The notes below the pieces were generated by a model. That model did not search any database, was not told the DNA's origin, and was given only the letters and a program-made list of their open reading frames with translations. Shown piece after piece: positions 27,778-37,899 of a stretch of 64,000 nt of DNA. The number at the start of each line of letters is the position of its first letter. The stretch's first letter is position 1. This stretch comes from an uncultured Antarcticibacterium sp. (lineage in GTDB: Bacteria > Bacteroidota > Bacteroidia > Flavobacteriales > Flavobacteriaceae): assembly GCA_964636585.1 (NCBI GenBank), contig CAZWSP010000001.1:17715-81714 (forward strand). The letters run 5' to 3'. The translations under genes and the position numbers were made by a program.

Positions 27778-28914
27778 TTAAATAACCGGGATATCATCAC
27801 TGTGATCATTTGGATGATGATCATGATCTTCCACAGCCATTCCTATATATAATGCACTTAACAGGGTGAAAATGTACGCCTGCAAAAATGCGACTAATAA
27901 TTCTATTATTGAAATAAATAGCGTGAATCCAAAAAATGCAGGACCGGCTATCCAGTTTTGAAATATTACGATAAGTCCTAAAAGACTCATCACTACCACG
28001 TGACCTGCAGTCATGTTCGCAAATAAACGAATCATCAAAGCAAATGGTTTTGTAAGCATCCCCAAGATCTCGATAGGCATTAGAACGATCTTCATAGGAA
28101 TTGGCACTCCTGGCATCCAGAAAATGTGTTTCCAGTAATGTTTATTACCACTAAACTGAACTATGAAAAATGTTGCTAAAGCAAGACAAAATGTAACTGC
28201 AATGTTTCCAGTAACATTAATCCCTAGCGGAGTTAATCCGAAAAGGTTAAGAATTAAAATGAAGAAAAACACTGTTAACAAGAATCCCATATATTTTCTA
28301 TACTTAGGACCAATGTTTGGCTTAGCAATATCATCTCTAACGTAAAGAACTAGCGGCTCTAATACTCTACCAAAGCCAGTTGGAATATCTTTATTCTTAT
28401 AGGAAGAAGCCAATCCCTTAAATACGAAGAACATTAAAAAAGAAACAAATAACATGGCTAGAACATTCTTTGTAATAGAAAAATCTAGTGGCTTTTCATT
28501 TGCAACATGCTCATCTTCATCGTAAGTTACTGCACCTTCAGCGTTTGTTTTATAGATTTTATTATGGTGCAACATGTAGTAATTACCATCTACATTTGCC
28601 ACTTCTTCTCCATGATGAAACTTAGAAGAAGAAAATACTTTTAGTCCAGAATCCCATAAAATTACTGGTAATGGAAAACCGTAATGTTCCCCAATACTAC
28701 CATCCGAAAAGAAATTAAAATAATGTGAATCCTGTAAGTGATGATCTATATAATCTGCTACTTCTTCTTTCGTGTCGATAGCTCCTGGCCCTTGGTGAGC
28801 CTCAGATTCTGCATTTCCAACATGCTCTACTCCATGATCTTGAGCAAAGATATTTACAGAAAAAAGCACTAAAAAGATAGCCAATAAGATTTTAACAGTA
28901 TTATCCTTTTTCAT
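27778..28914 (-). CDS. atpB: ATP synthase F0 subunit a (long Bacteroidota N-terminus)
   Basis: KPFALMIRLFANMTAGH, LQAYIFTLL; His-rich tail. -7 box tacatttg at 28948-28955 (minus strand). Confidence 0.96.
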   Translation of the reverse strand: MKKDNTVKILLAIFLVLFSVNIFAQDHGVEHVGNAESEAHQGPGAIDTKEEVADYIDHHLQDSHYFNFFSDGSIGEHYGFPLPVILWDSGLKVFSSSKFHHGEEVANVDGNYYMLHHNKIYKTNAEGAVTYDEDEHVANEKPLDFSITKNVLAMLFVSFLMFFVFKGLASSYKNKDIPTGFGRVLEPLVLYVRDDIAKPNIGPKYRKYMGFLLTVFFFILILNLFGLTPLGINVTGNIAVTFCLALATFFIVQFSGNKHYWKHIFWMPGVPIPMKIVLMPIEILGMLTKPFALMIRLFANMTAGHVVVMSLLGLIVIFQNWIAGPAFFGFTLFISIIELLVAFLQAYIFTLLSALYIGMAVEDHDHHPNDHSDDIPVI

Positions 28915-29021
28915 TCTAGGTATAATTTCGGTCTATAAATTTCGGTGCAAATGTACACAATTTAAATAAAAATTGGTCCTAAAAAATTTCAATCAATTTA
29001 AATTGGAAAAATTATAGCTAA

Positions 29022-29414
29022 CTATTTGTCTTTATTATAGTTAAGGTTGTTTAAAATTTTGGAAATATAGAAAATTTCAATAGCTAAACACAACACAAAT
29101 GGTATAAAAAAGAGAAGAAAGTCTGATTTATTAATTTCGATGTTTTTAGATTTTACAACAAAATAGAAAATTATAAACTTCAACATGCTTATTCCAAGAA
29201 ATACAAAACCAAGTTTATCTTCTAATAATTTCTTGAAAATAAATATGTTCAGCATTAACACATACGTAAATGTGAAATTAAATAAGTAGCAATATTGAAC
29301 GAGATTTAATTGATTAGCTGCTAGATCAGGCTGAAAGAGAAATACTTGTAAAACATAGGAAAGTCCAAGAATAGCAACAAAAAGAAGTGTGAATTTAAGC
29401 GTATTAGCGGCCAT
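29022..29414 (-). CDS. 4-TM membrane protein, AtpI-like by position
   Basis: Four hydrophobic segments, directly upstream of atpB. Confidence 0.6.
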   Translation of the reverse strand: MAANTLKFTLLFVAILGLSYVLQVFLFQPDLAANQLNLVQYCYLFNFTFTYVLMLNIFIFKKLLEDKLGFVFLGISMLKFIIFYFVVKSKNIEINKSDFLLFFIPFVLCLAIEIFYISKILNNLNYNKDK

Positions 29415-29420
29415 TAAAAC

Positions 29421-29651
29421 TTATTTGTTGAGGCTTTTTAATTGTTTTAAAACTATATATAATGAGGCAAAAACACCAAATAAGATAAAACCAATAGTAA
29501 ACCAATTCTTGTTAGAAGGGTAGCGTTCATCCAGCTTTTTGCCAATCCAGGCGCAAGCAAAGATAGTTCCTCCCATTTGAAATGCGATTCCCGAAAAAAC
29601 TGCCCAGCTTCTAAGCTGACTTTTCTTCTCTTTTTCTTTCTTTTCGTCCAT
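29421..29651 (-). CDS. AtpZ/AtpI-family 2-TM protein
   Basis: FSGIAFQMGGTI...WIGKKLDE pattern. Confidence 0.8.
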   Translation of the reverse strand: MDEKKEKEKKSQLRSWAVFSGIAFQMGGTIFACAWIGKKLDERYPSNKNWFTIGFILFGVFASLYIVLKQLKSLNK

Positions 29652-30027
29652 TTTGAATTGATTTTACTGCTCCTTTCATAGAACAAGTGGCGTTAAAAGA
29701 TGCGCCTGGTTCTATAGATAATTTACCTGCACTCACTTCACCATCTATAACCGAAGTGGCTCTTAAGGTTAAGGTTTCTTCCACTTTTAGAACTCCGTCG
29801 AAAGTTCCTTCAAAATCGGCATTTTGGCAGATTAAATCTCCTTTTATAAGACCTCCTTTGCTAATTACCACTTTCCCTTCTGTTTTTAAATTGCCTCGAA
29901 GTGTGCCTTCTATCCTAAACCCTCCTTTGGCTTCTATATCTACAGTAAGTATAGTTCCTGAAGAAATTCTATTTTGTTCTTTACTGGTTTCTGTGCGGTC
30001 TTTAAGTTTGGTTTGCTTTGTAAACAT
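29611..30027 (-). CDS. Bactofilin (polymer-forming cytoskeletal protein)
   Basis: FRIEGTLRGNL, VVISKGGLIKGDL, VIDGEV...LSIEPGASFNATCSM. Confidence 0.88.
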   Translation of the reverse strand: MFTKQTKLKDRTETSKEQNRISSGTILTVDIEAKGGFRIEGTLRGNLKTEGKVVISKGGLIKGDLICQNADFEGTFDGVLKVEETLTLRATSVIDGEVSAGKLSIEPGASFNATCSMKGAVKSIQNGRKERKREEKSA

Positions 30028-30032
30028 CGATT

Positions 30033-32594
30033 TTAGGGGTCTTGTTTAGTAATTAAATCTTGGTAAGAATCTAAATTTTTCATTAGCTGAACAACGCGAT
30101 AATTTTCCGAAGAAATAATAATCGGTTCCAATTCTACCTTATATTTTTTATTAATCTTTAATAATTCTGCGAGTCCTTCTGCCCTATTCATATTGTCTAA
30201 ACCATGGATCACAATAAAACTTGTGTTCTCATCATAAAGATCTTGGGAAACAGTAAGTCCTGTATAGTCCAACTCAATAAATGCTTTTTCCAACAAGGCT
30301 TTTAAATCATTTGATTTTTGCTCTTCCACGTTGTCCAATTCATACAAGACCTTCACATTAGTAACCTCAGCATTTATCTCCAATTTGCTACGTTCTAAAT
30401 CTGGAATGGTGTTGGTTAAAATTTCTAATGCCGTAATCCCTTCATCAGATTGCGGATAATTAGAAGCTATCTGAGATAAGGCTTCCTTGTAAGCATTCAC
30501 TCCATAAATTCTTCCGGTTGCTCTAGATTTCAAAAGTTCGATCTTCGGTAATAGATCCTCTTCTGGATACTGAGAAATAAACGAGTTACTTCCGTCTATC
30601 AACTTTAAAAATTCTTGTTTTTCGAAAAGCGTATATAATTCTTTATAAGTGGAGTCGGCTTCATTCTCCTTAGCCATTGCAAGATCTGGATTTTTTATTC
30701 TGAAGGCATATCGAGACTCCGGATAATTATTCAGAATGAATGATTTGTAATTCTCGGCGTCTGCTGAATTTCCGTTTTCTAGGTTGATCTTGTATAAGTA
30801 ATAATTAGCAGGAACCACCAAACGTTCTTCCGTAGTAAAATCTAAAAGATTCCTTAATTTTTCTGAAGCTAGATCGGGTTTATTATATTTTTCCATATAA
30901 ATTAACCCCAAGCTGTAATAAGCATCATTTCTTGCCTTTTCCAAATCTGCGATCTGCGTAGGATCTGAAGGAATTTGATCTAGATAGGTTTTTGCTGCAA
31001 ATTGTGGATTGCTAGAAATAATAAGTCCAGAAACCTCATCTAACCCATCATTAGAAGTGGCCACAAAATTGGTAGAATTCAATCTCCAATTGTCCTTTAA
31101 TTCTCTGGTTCCCCATGTTCTTAGAAATTCTTGCAAACCAGAAGCAACTCTTCTACTGTTATAAAAATAAAAGGTGTTTGCAGGATCAGATCCGCTAATT
31201 CCTGGAGGTGCGCCTGGAGTATTTCTTATTGGGGCCAATGGAGTTGGAGTAGCTTCAGCTACAATTCCGTCCTGAGCCTCCAATACCGCTTCCTGCTTTA
31301 AACTTTCGGCATATCTTGTAAAATAATCTACCCGTTCATCTTCGGGCATGGCCACAAACCTCAAGATACTATCGTTCTTTTCGGCTATTTCTTCATAAAA
31401 AATAACATCATTCAAATTATCCCTTTTTCGCTTTACAAAGAAATAATCTCTGGAAGTATTTGGGATCTTCGTCATTGTGCTATCGTAATACGCACTAGCT
31501 TCTCTATACAATGCCTTATCGAAATTTAAATTCCCCAAGGTTTCATAGTTCAAAGAAATAAGATAACTGTCCTGAGATGGCTCTTTTAAAGACTTGTTAT
31601 AATAGTTGGTTGCCAATTTTGTTGAATCTATATGATTATAATACTCTGCCATCTGAAAATAGATCTTATCCAAGAAAGGCCTGTTCTCTCTATTTTCTTC
31701 CATTTCTTTTAGATCTGCTAATAAAACTGAAGGGTCTTGAGTATCAAAATTGAAGTTTCTAGATTGTTCTATTTGTGCATTTACCAAATATTCTCGCGGT
31801 GTTTTTCTATTAAGATCTATCACCTGATCGAAAGCGTAGTTGGCACTATCTCTTTTCCCCAGCAAATTATAAAGCTGACCTTCGATATAATAATATCTAC
31901 CTTTTTCATCTTTATTTTCGGTATAATCTGCGGCAACACTAATGGGAACAACTGCTGAATCTGGTAAATTGATATTTATAAAAGCTTGAGCAAGCATTGC
32001 ATTAGCATCTGCCCTATCTTGATCTTTTAAGGTTTCTGCCTTAATGATTCGCTTTAGGTTTTTAATAGCTAACTGATTGTTCTGAAGCCTGATATTGGTT
32101 TTCTCTCTCCAGATCTGTGCGTGATTTATGGTATTACTGGCTGGATATTTATAAAGAATATAGTTGAAGGCTTCTAAGGCTGGCAAGAATCTTTGATCAA
32201 AATATCTGGCTTTTCCCAATAATAAATAAGCTTCATCTATCTGCGGATTCTTCTCTTTGCCTTCAATAAGCATAGAATGCTTCTGAATAGCTTTTGTAGC
32301 TTTTTCTTCAGCTAGCTTAAAAGATTCGTTTTTTACGGTTCCCGGTAACGAGATGTCTTCAGAAACTTGCATTCTCTCTACAGGAAGAATGTCCCAAAAG
32401 TTTTCATTGTAACCTTGAGCCACTTCTTCTTGACCTTGTTGCAGAGCAAGATCTCCGTTATATAAAATGTTATACTCTGTACCAACGGCATGCCAATTCC
32501 TATTGATGAATTTATCCTTCTTTCTGGAACAACCGGAAATAGCAATCACCAAAATAAGACAACCTAAAACCTGTGTAAATTTATTCAAAATCAA
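30033..32594 (-). CDS. sprE: T9SS/gliding TPR lipoprotein SprE (PorW)
   Basis: Lipobox ISGC; YNILYNG, KATKAIQKHSM, IDEAYLLLGKARYFDQRF, FYFYN...WG.R.L.DNWR. Confidence 0.82.
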   Translation of the reverse strand: MILNKFTQVLGCLILVIAISGCSRKKDKFINRNWHAVGTEYNILYNGDLALQQGQEEVAQGYNENFWDILPVERMQVSEDISLPGTVKNESFKLAEEKATKAIQKHSMLIEGKEKNPQIDEAYLLLGKARYFDQRFLPALEAFNYILYKYPASNTINHAQIWREKTNIRLQNNQLAIKNLKRIIKAETLKDQDRADANAMLAQAFININLPDSAVVPISVAADYTENKDEKGRYYYIEGQLYNLLGKRDSANYAFDQVIDLNRKTPREYLVNAQIEQSRNFNFDTQDPSVLLADLKEMEENRENRPFLDKIYFQMAEYYNHIDSTKLATNYYNKSLKEPSQDSYLISLNYETLGNLNFDKALYREASAYYDSTMTKIPNTSRDYFFVKRKRDNLNDVIFYEEIAEKNDSILRFVAMPEDERVDYFTRYAESLKQEAVLEAQDGIVAEATPTPLAPIRNTPGAPPGISGSDPANTFYFYNSRRVASGLQEFLRTWGTRELKDNWRLNSTNFVATSNDGLDEVSGLIISSNPQFAAKTYLDQIPSDPTQIADLEKARNDAYYSLGLIYMEKYNKPDLASEKLRNLLDFTTEERLVVPANYYLYKINLENGNSADAENYKSFILNNYPESRYAFRIKNPDLAMAKENEADSTYKELYTLFEKQEFLKLIDGSNSFISQYPEEDLLPKIELLKSRATGRIYGVNAYKEALSQIASNYPQSDEGITALEILTNTIPDLERSKLEINAEVTNVKVLYELDNVEEQKSNDLKALLEKAFIELDYTGLTVSQDLYDENTSFIVIHGLDNMNRAEGLAELLKINKKYKVELEPIIISSENYRVVQLMKNLDSYQDLITKQDP

Positions 32595-32700
32595 TACGTT
32601 CTTGATATTATAAATAACTGTAGAGCTTTACATTTAGTATGCTAAAATACGTTTCTTTTTAGATATTGAATACTACAAATGTGATTGCGCCGATGCAGAT

Positions 32701-33414
32701 TTACTGTTCTGTAGCTAAATCTCTAGAAAAGTAAGTTTCCAGTTCTGCTAAGGTTGCGGTAGAGGTCATGATGTCTTTTACAAGTTCCCCTTTATCCAAA
32801 ACAACTATACGCTCACAAACCTCAGTGATATGTATAAGATCATGGCTGGAGATAAGAATAGTGGTTTCTTTTTGTGCGGTAAGGTCTTTAATGATCTTCT
32901 TTAATCTTATTTGTGTGGTAGGATCTAGATTGGCAAAAGGTTCATCTAAAATGATCACTTTAGGATTCCCGATTAAAGCTGCTACAATCCCAACTTTTTT
33001 CTGATTTCCTTTAGAAAGATCTCTTAAATATTTCTTTCTGCCTAGGATCTCTCCATGGAAAAAATCTTCGAAGGTCGCCAAGAGTGCATCTACATCTGCC
33101 TTGTTTTGCTTTCTAAGATCACCAATAAAATAAAAATATTCTTCAGGAGTAAGATATCCTATCAAGAAGCTTTCGTCTATAAAAGAACTGGTAAAGCCTT
33201 TCCATTCTTCACTCTGGCTCACTGTGATCTCATTATTAAAGATATTCCCAGTAGTGGGTTGGATAAGATCTAGAAGCATACTGAAAAAAGTAGTTTTTCC
33301 TGCGCCGTTGTTCCCAACCAAGCCCATACTTTGCCCATTAGGAATATCTAAATGCTCCATGTTTAGTACGGTAACTCCGTTATATACTTTAGAAAGATTT
33401 GTTGCTGTGATCAT
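32701..33414 (-). CDS. ABC transporter ATP-binding protein
   Basis: GNNGAGKTT, LSKGNQKK, ILDEPF, SSH. Confidence 0.92.
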   Translation of the reverse strand: MITATNLSKVYNGVTVLNMEHLDIPNGQSMGLVGNNGAGKTTFFSMLLDLIQPTTGNIFNNEITVSQSEEWKGFTSSFIDESFLIGYLTPEEYFYFIGDLRKQNKADVDALLATFEDFFHGEILGRKKYLRDLSKGNQKKVGIVAALIGNPKVIILDEPFANLDPTTQIRLKKIIKDLTAQKETTILISSHDLIHITEVCERIVVLDKGELVKDIMTSTATLAELETYFSRDLATEQ

Positions 33415-33426
33415 GTGTACTTTATT

Positions 33427-34911
33427 TTATTGTCCAGATTGCTTGAAACCTTCAATCATGGCATATTTATTTCGTTTATATCTAAGCGCTATATAACCAA
33501 TTGCTTTATTCCTTAGAAGCAATCCTAGAATTCCCATTACTAACAAAACCGTGAGTCCGCTTTCAAAAGAAATGAACTTATAAAATATCCAGAATACCAG
33601 AACGGGCAGCACCATTAACGGTAAGCCAACAATCCATTGTGCAGCACCAGTTCCCTGATAGTTCATGAACGGACTTTTATCCAGATCGATTCTTTTTCTA
33701 TTGAAGGAACCTGAATATAACAGAATAGGGATATTTATGCCTATGTTATAAACCGCACAAACCATATTCACCATTAAGATTCTCCATCCAAAATATACAT
33801 AAGGCGTAGAAAGTATCGCCAGTATTACCACACTTACCGTGATTAAACCTGCTTTTGCGGTTAAATATCTTTTTAATGGGATATTCTGCGCCATTATAAG
33901 CGGAAAATAACCCGCATCCCAAGCTGGAATAAATTGCCCGAAATTGATCATGAAGATCCCTGTGATAAAGATCCCGGCGAAAATATAGAATGCCGGCATC
34001 TCTGCATAAGTATCGTTCGTATAGAAAATTAAACCGTAGGCTAGAAATATTACCGAAAGATAGATCGTAGTTTTTGGCCTTTTGTTTCTCCAGATAAGTT
34101 TAAGATCTTGTTGTAAATAAGGGGCGAGATCTCCAAATCTCTTGGTCCATAAAAACTCTTTGGTATTGGCATCTTTCACTTCTTCCTTTAATGAAGCATC
34201 TAAATAAAATTTGCTTTCTAGATCCTTTTGATTCCATTTATAAAAGAAAATGAACACTAACATTGGTACAATAGCAAGCCAAGGCTGTTGCAAAACTTCA
34301 TTTAGCGCTTTCCCAAACCATACACTGCTTTCAAAGATTTTAAAATAATCTAGAGTTCCGAACACCGCAATTATTCCCACAATTGGAATAAGCGCCTTGA
34401 CATTATCGGTGAATTTTTTCTTGATTATAAAATTTGCAAAATTAATTGTCAGCGTTAAAAAAATCATCGCAACCATCCATCCAACAATAGAAAGCGTGCT
34501 AAACGTGTGTTTGTAGATATTATAGATCCCAAATGGAATTATAATTAAAAGAGGAAGGAAGTTGAAAAAGGAATACAACGATTTACTCAAAACGAAATTC
34601 ACAACTTTTCTTCTTTTAATAGGAAGCAGCATTAAGGGTTTTATATCCAGTATTGGTAGGTTTTGAAGCAAAAATCTATAGGATAATTCCAAGGTTAACC
34701 ACACCAATACAAAGCGATTAACCAGCATAATTGGTTCTTCATTTGGGAAATATTTTTTGATCAAAGGATAGAGCCCAATCCCAAATAAAAGAAAAGCGGC
34801 CGTAAAGTATAGGGCTAAAAATCCCATTAGGATTTTCAGGCCAATACTCTTACCAACACTTGCCGATCTAAAAAATGATTTCCACTCTAGCGAGAATAAA
34901 CGCTTGAACAT
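33427..34911 (-). CDS. Multi-TM putative ABC permease (DUF5687-like)
   Basis: About 12 TM segments; LEWKSFFRS, DLKLIWRNKR; adjacent to the ABC ATPase. Confidence 0.75.
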   Translation of the reverse strand: MFKRLFSLEWKSFFRSASVGKSIGLKILMGFLALYFTAAFLLFGIGLYPLIKKYFPNEEPIMLVNRFVLVWLTLELSYRFLLQNLPILDIKPLMLLPIKRRKVVNFVLSKSLYSFFNFLPLLIIIPFGIYNIYKHTFSTLSIVGWMVAMIFLTLTINFANFIIKKKFTDNVKALIPIVGIIAVFGTLDYFKIFESSVWFGKALNEVLQQPWLAIVPMLVFIFFYKWNQKDLESKFYLDASLKEEVKDANTKEFLWTKRFGDLAPYLQQDLKLIWRNKRPKTTIYLSVIFLAYGLIFYTNDTYAEMPAFYIFAGIFITGIFMINFGQFIPAWDAGYFPLIMAQNIPLKRYLTAKAGLITVSVVILAILSTPYVYFGWRILMVNMVCAVYNIGINIPILLYSGSFNRKRIDLDKSPFMNYQGTGAAQWIVGLPLMVLPVLVFWIFYKFISFESGLTVLLVMGILGLLLRNKAIGYIALRYKRNKYAMIEGFKQSGQ

Positions 34912-35004
34912 ATTTAAGGTGTTTTAATAGAAGTATAGAATTTTACCAATTTGTTACAATTAAAAAACCATAGACTTTGTATTTTTGCAGCCAAATCGCA
35001 AGTC

Positions 35005-36051
35005 ATGAACAAATTTTATAGCCTAAATATAAAAGAAATTATCCGCGAAACAGAAGAAGCGGTAAGTATATCTTTTGATGTACCAGATAATCTTAAAGAT
35101 GTTTTTTCTTTTAAAGCAGGTCAATACATTACACTAAAGACGCTTATAGACGGAAAAGAAGTGCGAAGAGCATATTCTTTATGCTCTGCTCCAGATACCA
35201 ATACTTACAAAGTAACGGTTAAAGAGGTTGAAGGTGGGTCTTTTTCTGCATTAGCAAATAATAAATTTAAGGCAGGCGATATCTTAGAAGTTCATCCTCC
35301 AGAAGGAAAATTTATTTTTGAACCTGGAAATGAAAAGCATAATTATGCAGCTTTTGTGGCGGGAAGTGGAATTACTCCCGTGCTTTCTATAATTAAAACA
35401 ATGCTTCAGAAGGAATCTGAGAGCAAGTTTGTTTTAGTATATGGAAACAGAACTCCAGATGATACTATATTTTTCAAAGAACTTCTTGAGCTTCAGTTAA
35501 AATATCCAGAGCGCTTATTTATAGAATTTGTTTATAGTAGAACTCAGGAAGAAAATGCCCACTTCGGAAGGATCGAGAACAGCACTGTAAACTATGTTAT
35601 CAAGAATAAGTTTGACGGAATGGAATTTGAAAAATTCTATTTGTGCGGACCAGAGGTAATGATCGAAAGCGTTTCTGAAAATCTTCAGAAAAATGGAATT
35701 CCTAAAGAAAAGATTCATTTCGAACTCTTTACAACCAGCGATACCGGAGCTATAGAAATAGATGTTGAAGGAGAAACCCAACTTACGGTTTTAGTAGATG
35801 ATGAAGAAACTACTTTCTCGATGAATAAAAAGGCTACGGTTTTAGACGCGGCTTTAGATCATGATCTGGATGTGCCATATTCTTGTCAAGGTGGAATTTG
35901 CAGTAGCTGTATCGCGAGAATTACTGAAGGAAAGGCAGAAATGGCAAAAAATCAGATCCTTACAGATAGCGAAATCGCTGAAGGTTTAATACTTACATGT
36001 CAAGCGCATCCTTTAACTCCAACCTTAAAGGTAGATTATGATGATGTTTAG
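35005..36051 (+). CDS. Ferredoxin-NAD(P) reductase with C-terminal 2Fe-2S domain (PaaE-like)
   Basis: RAYSL (FAD), AGSGITP, YLCGP, CQGGICSSC...C. Start set to ATG 35005; -7 box at 34980-34987. Confidence 0.9.
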   Translation: MNKFYSLNIKEIIRETEEAVSISFDVPDNLKDVFSFKAGQYITLKTLIDGKEVRRAYSLCSAPDTNTYKVTVKEVEGGSFSALANNKFKAGDILEVHPPEGKFIFEPGNEKHNYAAFVAGSGITPVLSIIKTMLQKESESKFVLVYGNRTPDDTIFFKELLELQLKYPERLFIEFVYSRTQEENAHFGRIENSTVNYVIKNKFDGMEFEKFYLCGPEVMIESVSENLQKNGIPKEKIHFELFTTSDTGAIEIDVEGETQLTVLVDDEETTFSMNKKATVLDAALDHDLDVPYSCQGGICSSCIARITEGKAEMAKNQILTDSEIAEGLILTCQAHPLTPTLKVDYDDV

Positions 36052-36052
36052 A

Positions 36053-37153
36053 TCAGGAATTTAAATTCAAAACCTCATTCATTCGTAAAACCACATATTC
36101 TGGAGTAATACTACGCATTACATCCTCGTAACCAGCTGGAACTTTGTTTCCATAAATGGAGGTAGGAATTTGCGGATATTTATTTAGATCTGGTAAAATG
36201 CAGTTTTCCATTGGTTGGCCAAATGGCATAAATCCAGCATAAGGATGTGTAACCCCCCAAATCGTTAGCGTAGGAATCCCATAAATGGCAGCTAAATGTG
36301 CATTTCCACTATCCATAGAAAGCATTGCGTCTAAATTAGATATCAAAGCCAGTTCTTCCTCAAAAGTTAATTTCCCAGCTAAAGAAGTTACTCGTTCAAA
36401 TTTTGAAGCTAATTCTTCTAATTGTTCAATTTCTTCTTTTCCTCCTCCAAAAAGAAAGATCTGGGATCTTCCTGCCAGATCTAGTTGAGAAAGCACCTGT
36501 TCCATAAGATCTAAAGGATAAACCTTAGAATCATGTTGAGCAAAAGGCGCAATTCCTATCCATTTTAAAGGTGTGGTTCCAGTTATGGCTCGGGTATTTG
36601 GAGAGATCTTTTGTTTTTCAGGAAATTTGTGTTCGTCTAAATTAATTGGATAACCCAATTCCCCAAACACCTCTGCATAGCGCTGAGTGGTAGCTTTTAA
36701 TTGCTGAAAAACCTTATTATTGGGAGCGGTAAGTGCTTTTTTCTGTGCCCTTCCTTTATCGATCTGTTTCACCGGAATTCCGTAGAAATAAAACACCGAT
36801 TTTAAAATATTACTTCTTAGTACATCGTGTACATCTGCAACAGCATCTACATCCAAGTCTCTCAAGTCCTTTGCAAGTCTGCTTAACCCAAAAACGCCAC
36901 TGTGTTCACCATTAATATCTGCTTCATAGATCTTTACATTTGGAATATCCTTGAAAATTGGGGCAAAGAATTTCCGTGTTAGTAAGGTGATCTTTAATTT
37001 TGGATAGGTTTGGTTTAATACTCTCAGAACCGGTGAAAGCATGGCCACATCTCCCAAGGCAGATAATCTTATTACCAATATATGGGCTTCAGCGTGTTTA
37101 GGCTTTATAAAATTGCCTTCAGAAGAAGATGATATATTGGATCTTGAGCTCAC
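36053..37153 (-). CDS. Glycosyltransferase family 9 (heptosyltransferase-like)
   Basis: ILVIRLSALGDVAM, IGIAPFA, SMDSGNAHLAA. Confidence 0.88.
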   Translation of the reverse strand: MSSRSNISSSSEGNFIKPKHAEAHILVIRLSALGDVAMLSPVLRVLNQTYPKLKITLLTRKFFAPIFKDIPNVKIYEADINGEHSGVFGLSRLAKDLRDLDVDAVADVHDVLRSNILKSVFYFYGIPVKQIDKGRAQKKALTAPNNKVFQQLKATTQRYAEVFGELGYPINLDEHKFPEKQKISPNTRAITGTTPLKWIGIAPFAQHDSKVYPLDLMEQVLSQLDLAGRSQIFLFGGGKEEIEQLEELASKFERVTSLAGKLTFEEELALISNLDAMLSMDSGNAHLAAIYGIPTLTIWGVTHPYAGFMPFGQPMENCILPDLNKYPQIPTSIYGNKVPAGYEDVMRSITPEYVVLRMNEVLNLNS

Positions 37154-37155
37154 AA

Positions 37156-37764
37156 TTAGTTTTTCTTTCTAAGGACAGGGTTTAATTCGTCGTCATTATA
37201 CATCTTCATTTGCTTATACACTTTCATGTATTTATCGCCATTTTCAATATCTTCTAATAAGGTATCTATTGCTGAAGAAAGGTCTACACGCTGCTCCAAA
37301 AGAATATTCAATTTAGTTTCACAATTCTTACGGTGATCTGCAGAAGCATCTTCTCTATTCACTTCCTCGTCCATATGAAAGATCTTTAACGCAAGAATAG
37401 ATAATCTATCTATTGCCCACGCCGGACTTTCAGAATTTATAGTAGCATCGCTTTTTGGAGAAACATCTTTAAATCTTTCAAGAAAATAACTATCTATAAA
37501 CTCCACCATATCGGTTCTATCTTGGTTAGAAGCATCTATCATTCTTTTAAGAGTTAAAGCTTCAACAGGATCTATATTTGGGTCTCTAATAATGTCTTCA
37601 TAATGCCACTGTACGGTATCTATCCAAGATTTTCTATAAAGCAAATGCTCGATCAAGTCAGAATCTTTATTATATGGATTTTCGAATGCTTGATCCACCG
37701 TATTTTCCAAATGGTAGGTATCTATTACTTTTTTAAAGATCTTATTTGCTTTTGATGAAAACAT
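37156..37764 (-). CDS. DUF4254-family helical protein
   Basis: QWHYEDIIR, IDASNQDRTD, ESPAWAIDRLSILALK, KQMKMYND..LNP. Confidence 0.78.
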   Translation of the reverse strand: MFSSKANKIFKKVIDTYHLENTVDQAFENPYNKDSDLIEHLLYRKSWIDTVQWHYEDIIRDPNIDPVEALTLKRMIDASNQDRTDMVEFIDSYFLERFKDVSPKSDATINSESPAWAIDRLSILALKIFHMDEEVNREDASADHRKNCETKLNILLEQRVDLSSAIDTLLEDIENGDKYMKVYKQMKMYNDDELNPVLRKKN

Positions 37765-37899
37765 AGTTGTATTAATTTGAATTATGAAAAAATAGGTTTC
37801 GGTATAAAATTGAATTTTTTACCAAAATTTATAAAGAAAACAAAGGTATTATATTTTGAAATAGTGGAAAACCTGAAGCTAACTAAACTTAAGAAGATA

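Noticed and set aside
23846-28914. Absence of atpD/atpC as gene loss
   Set aside because: A split atp operon is normal for Bacteroidota.
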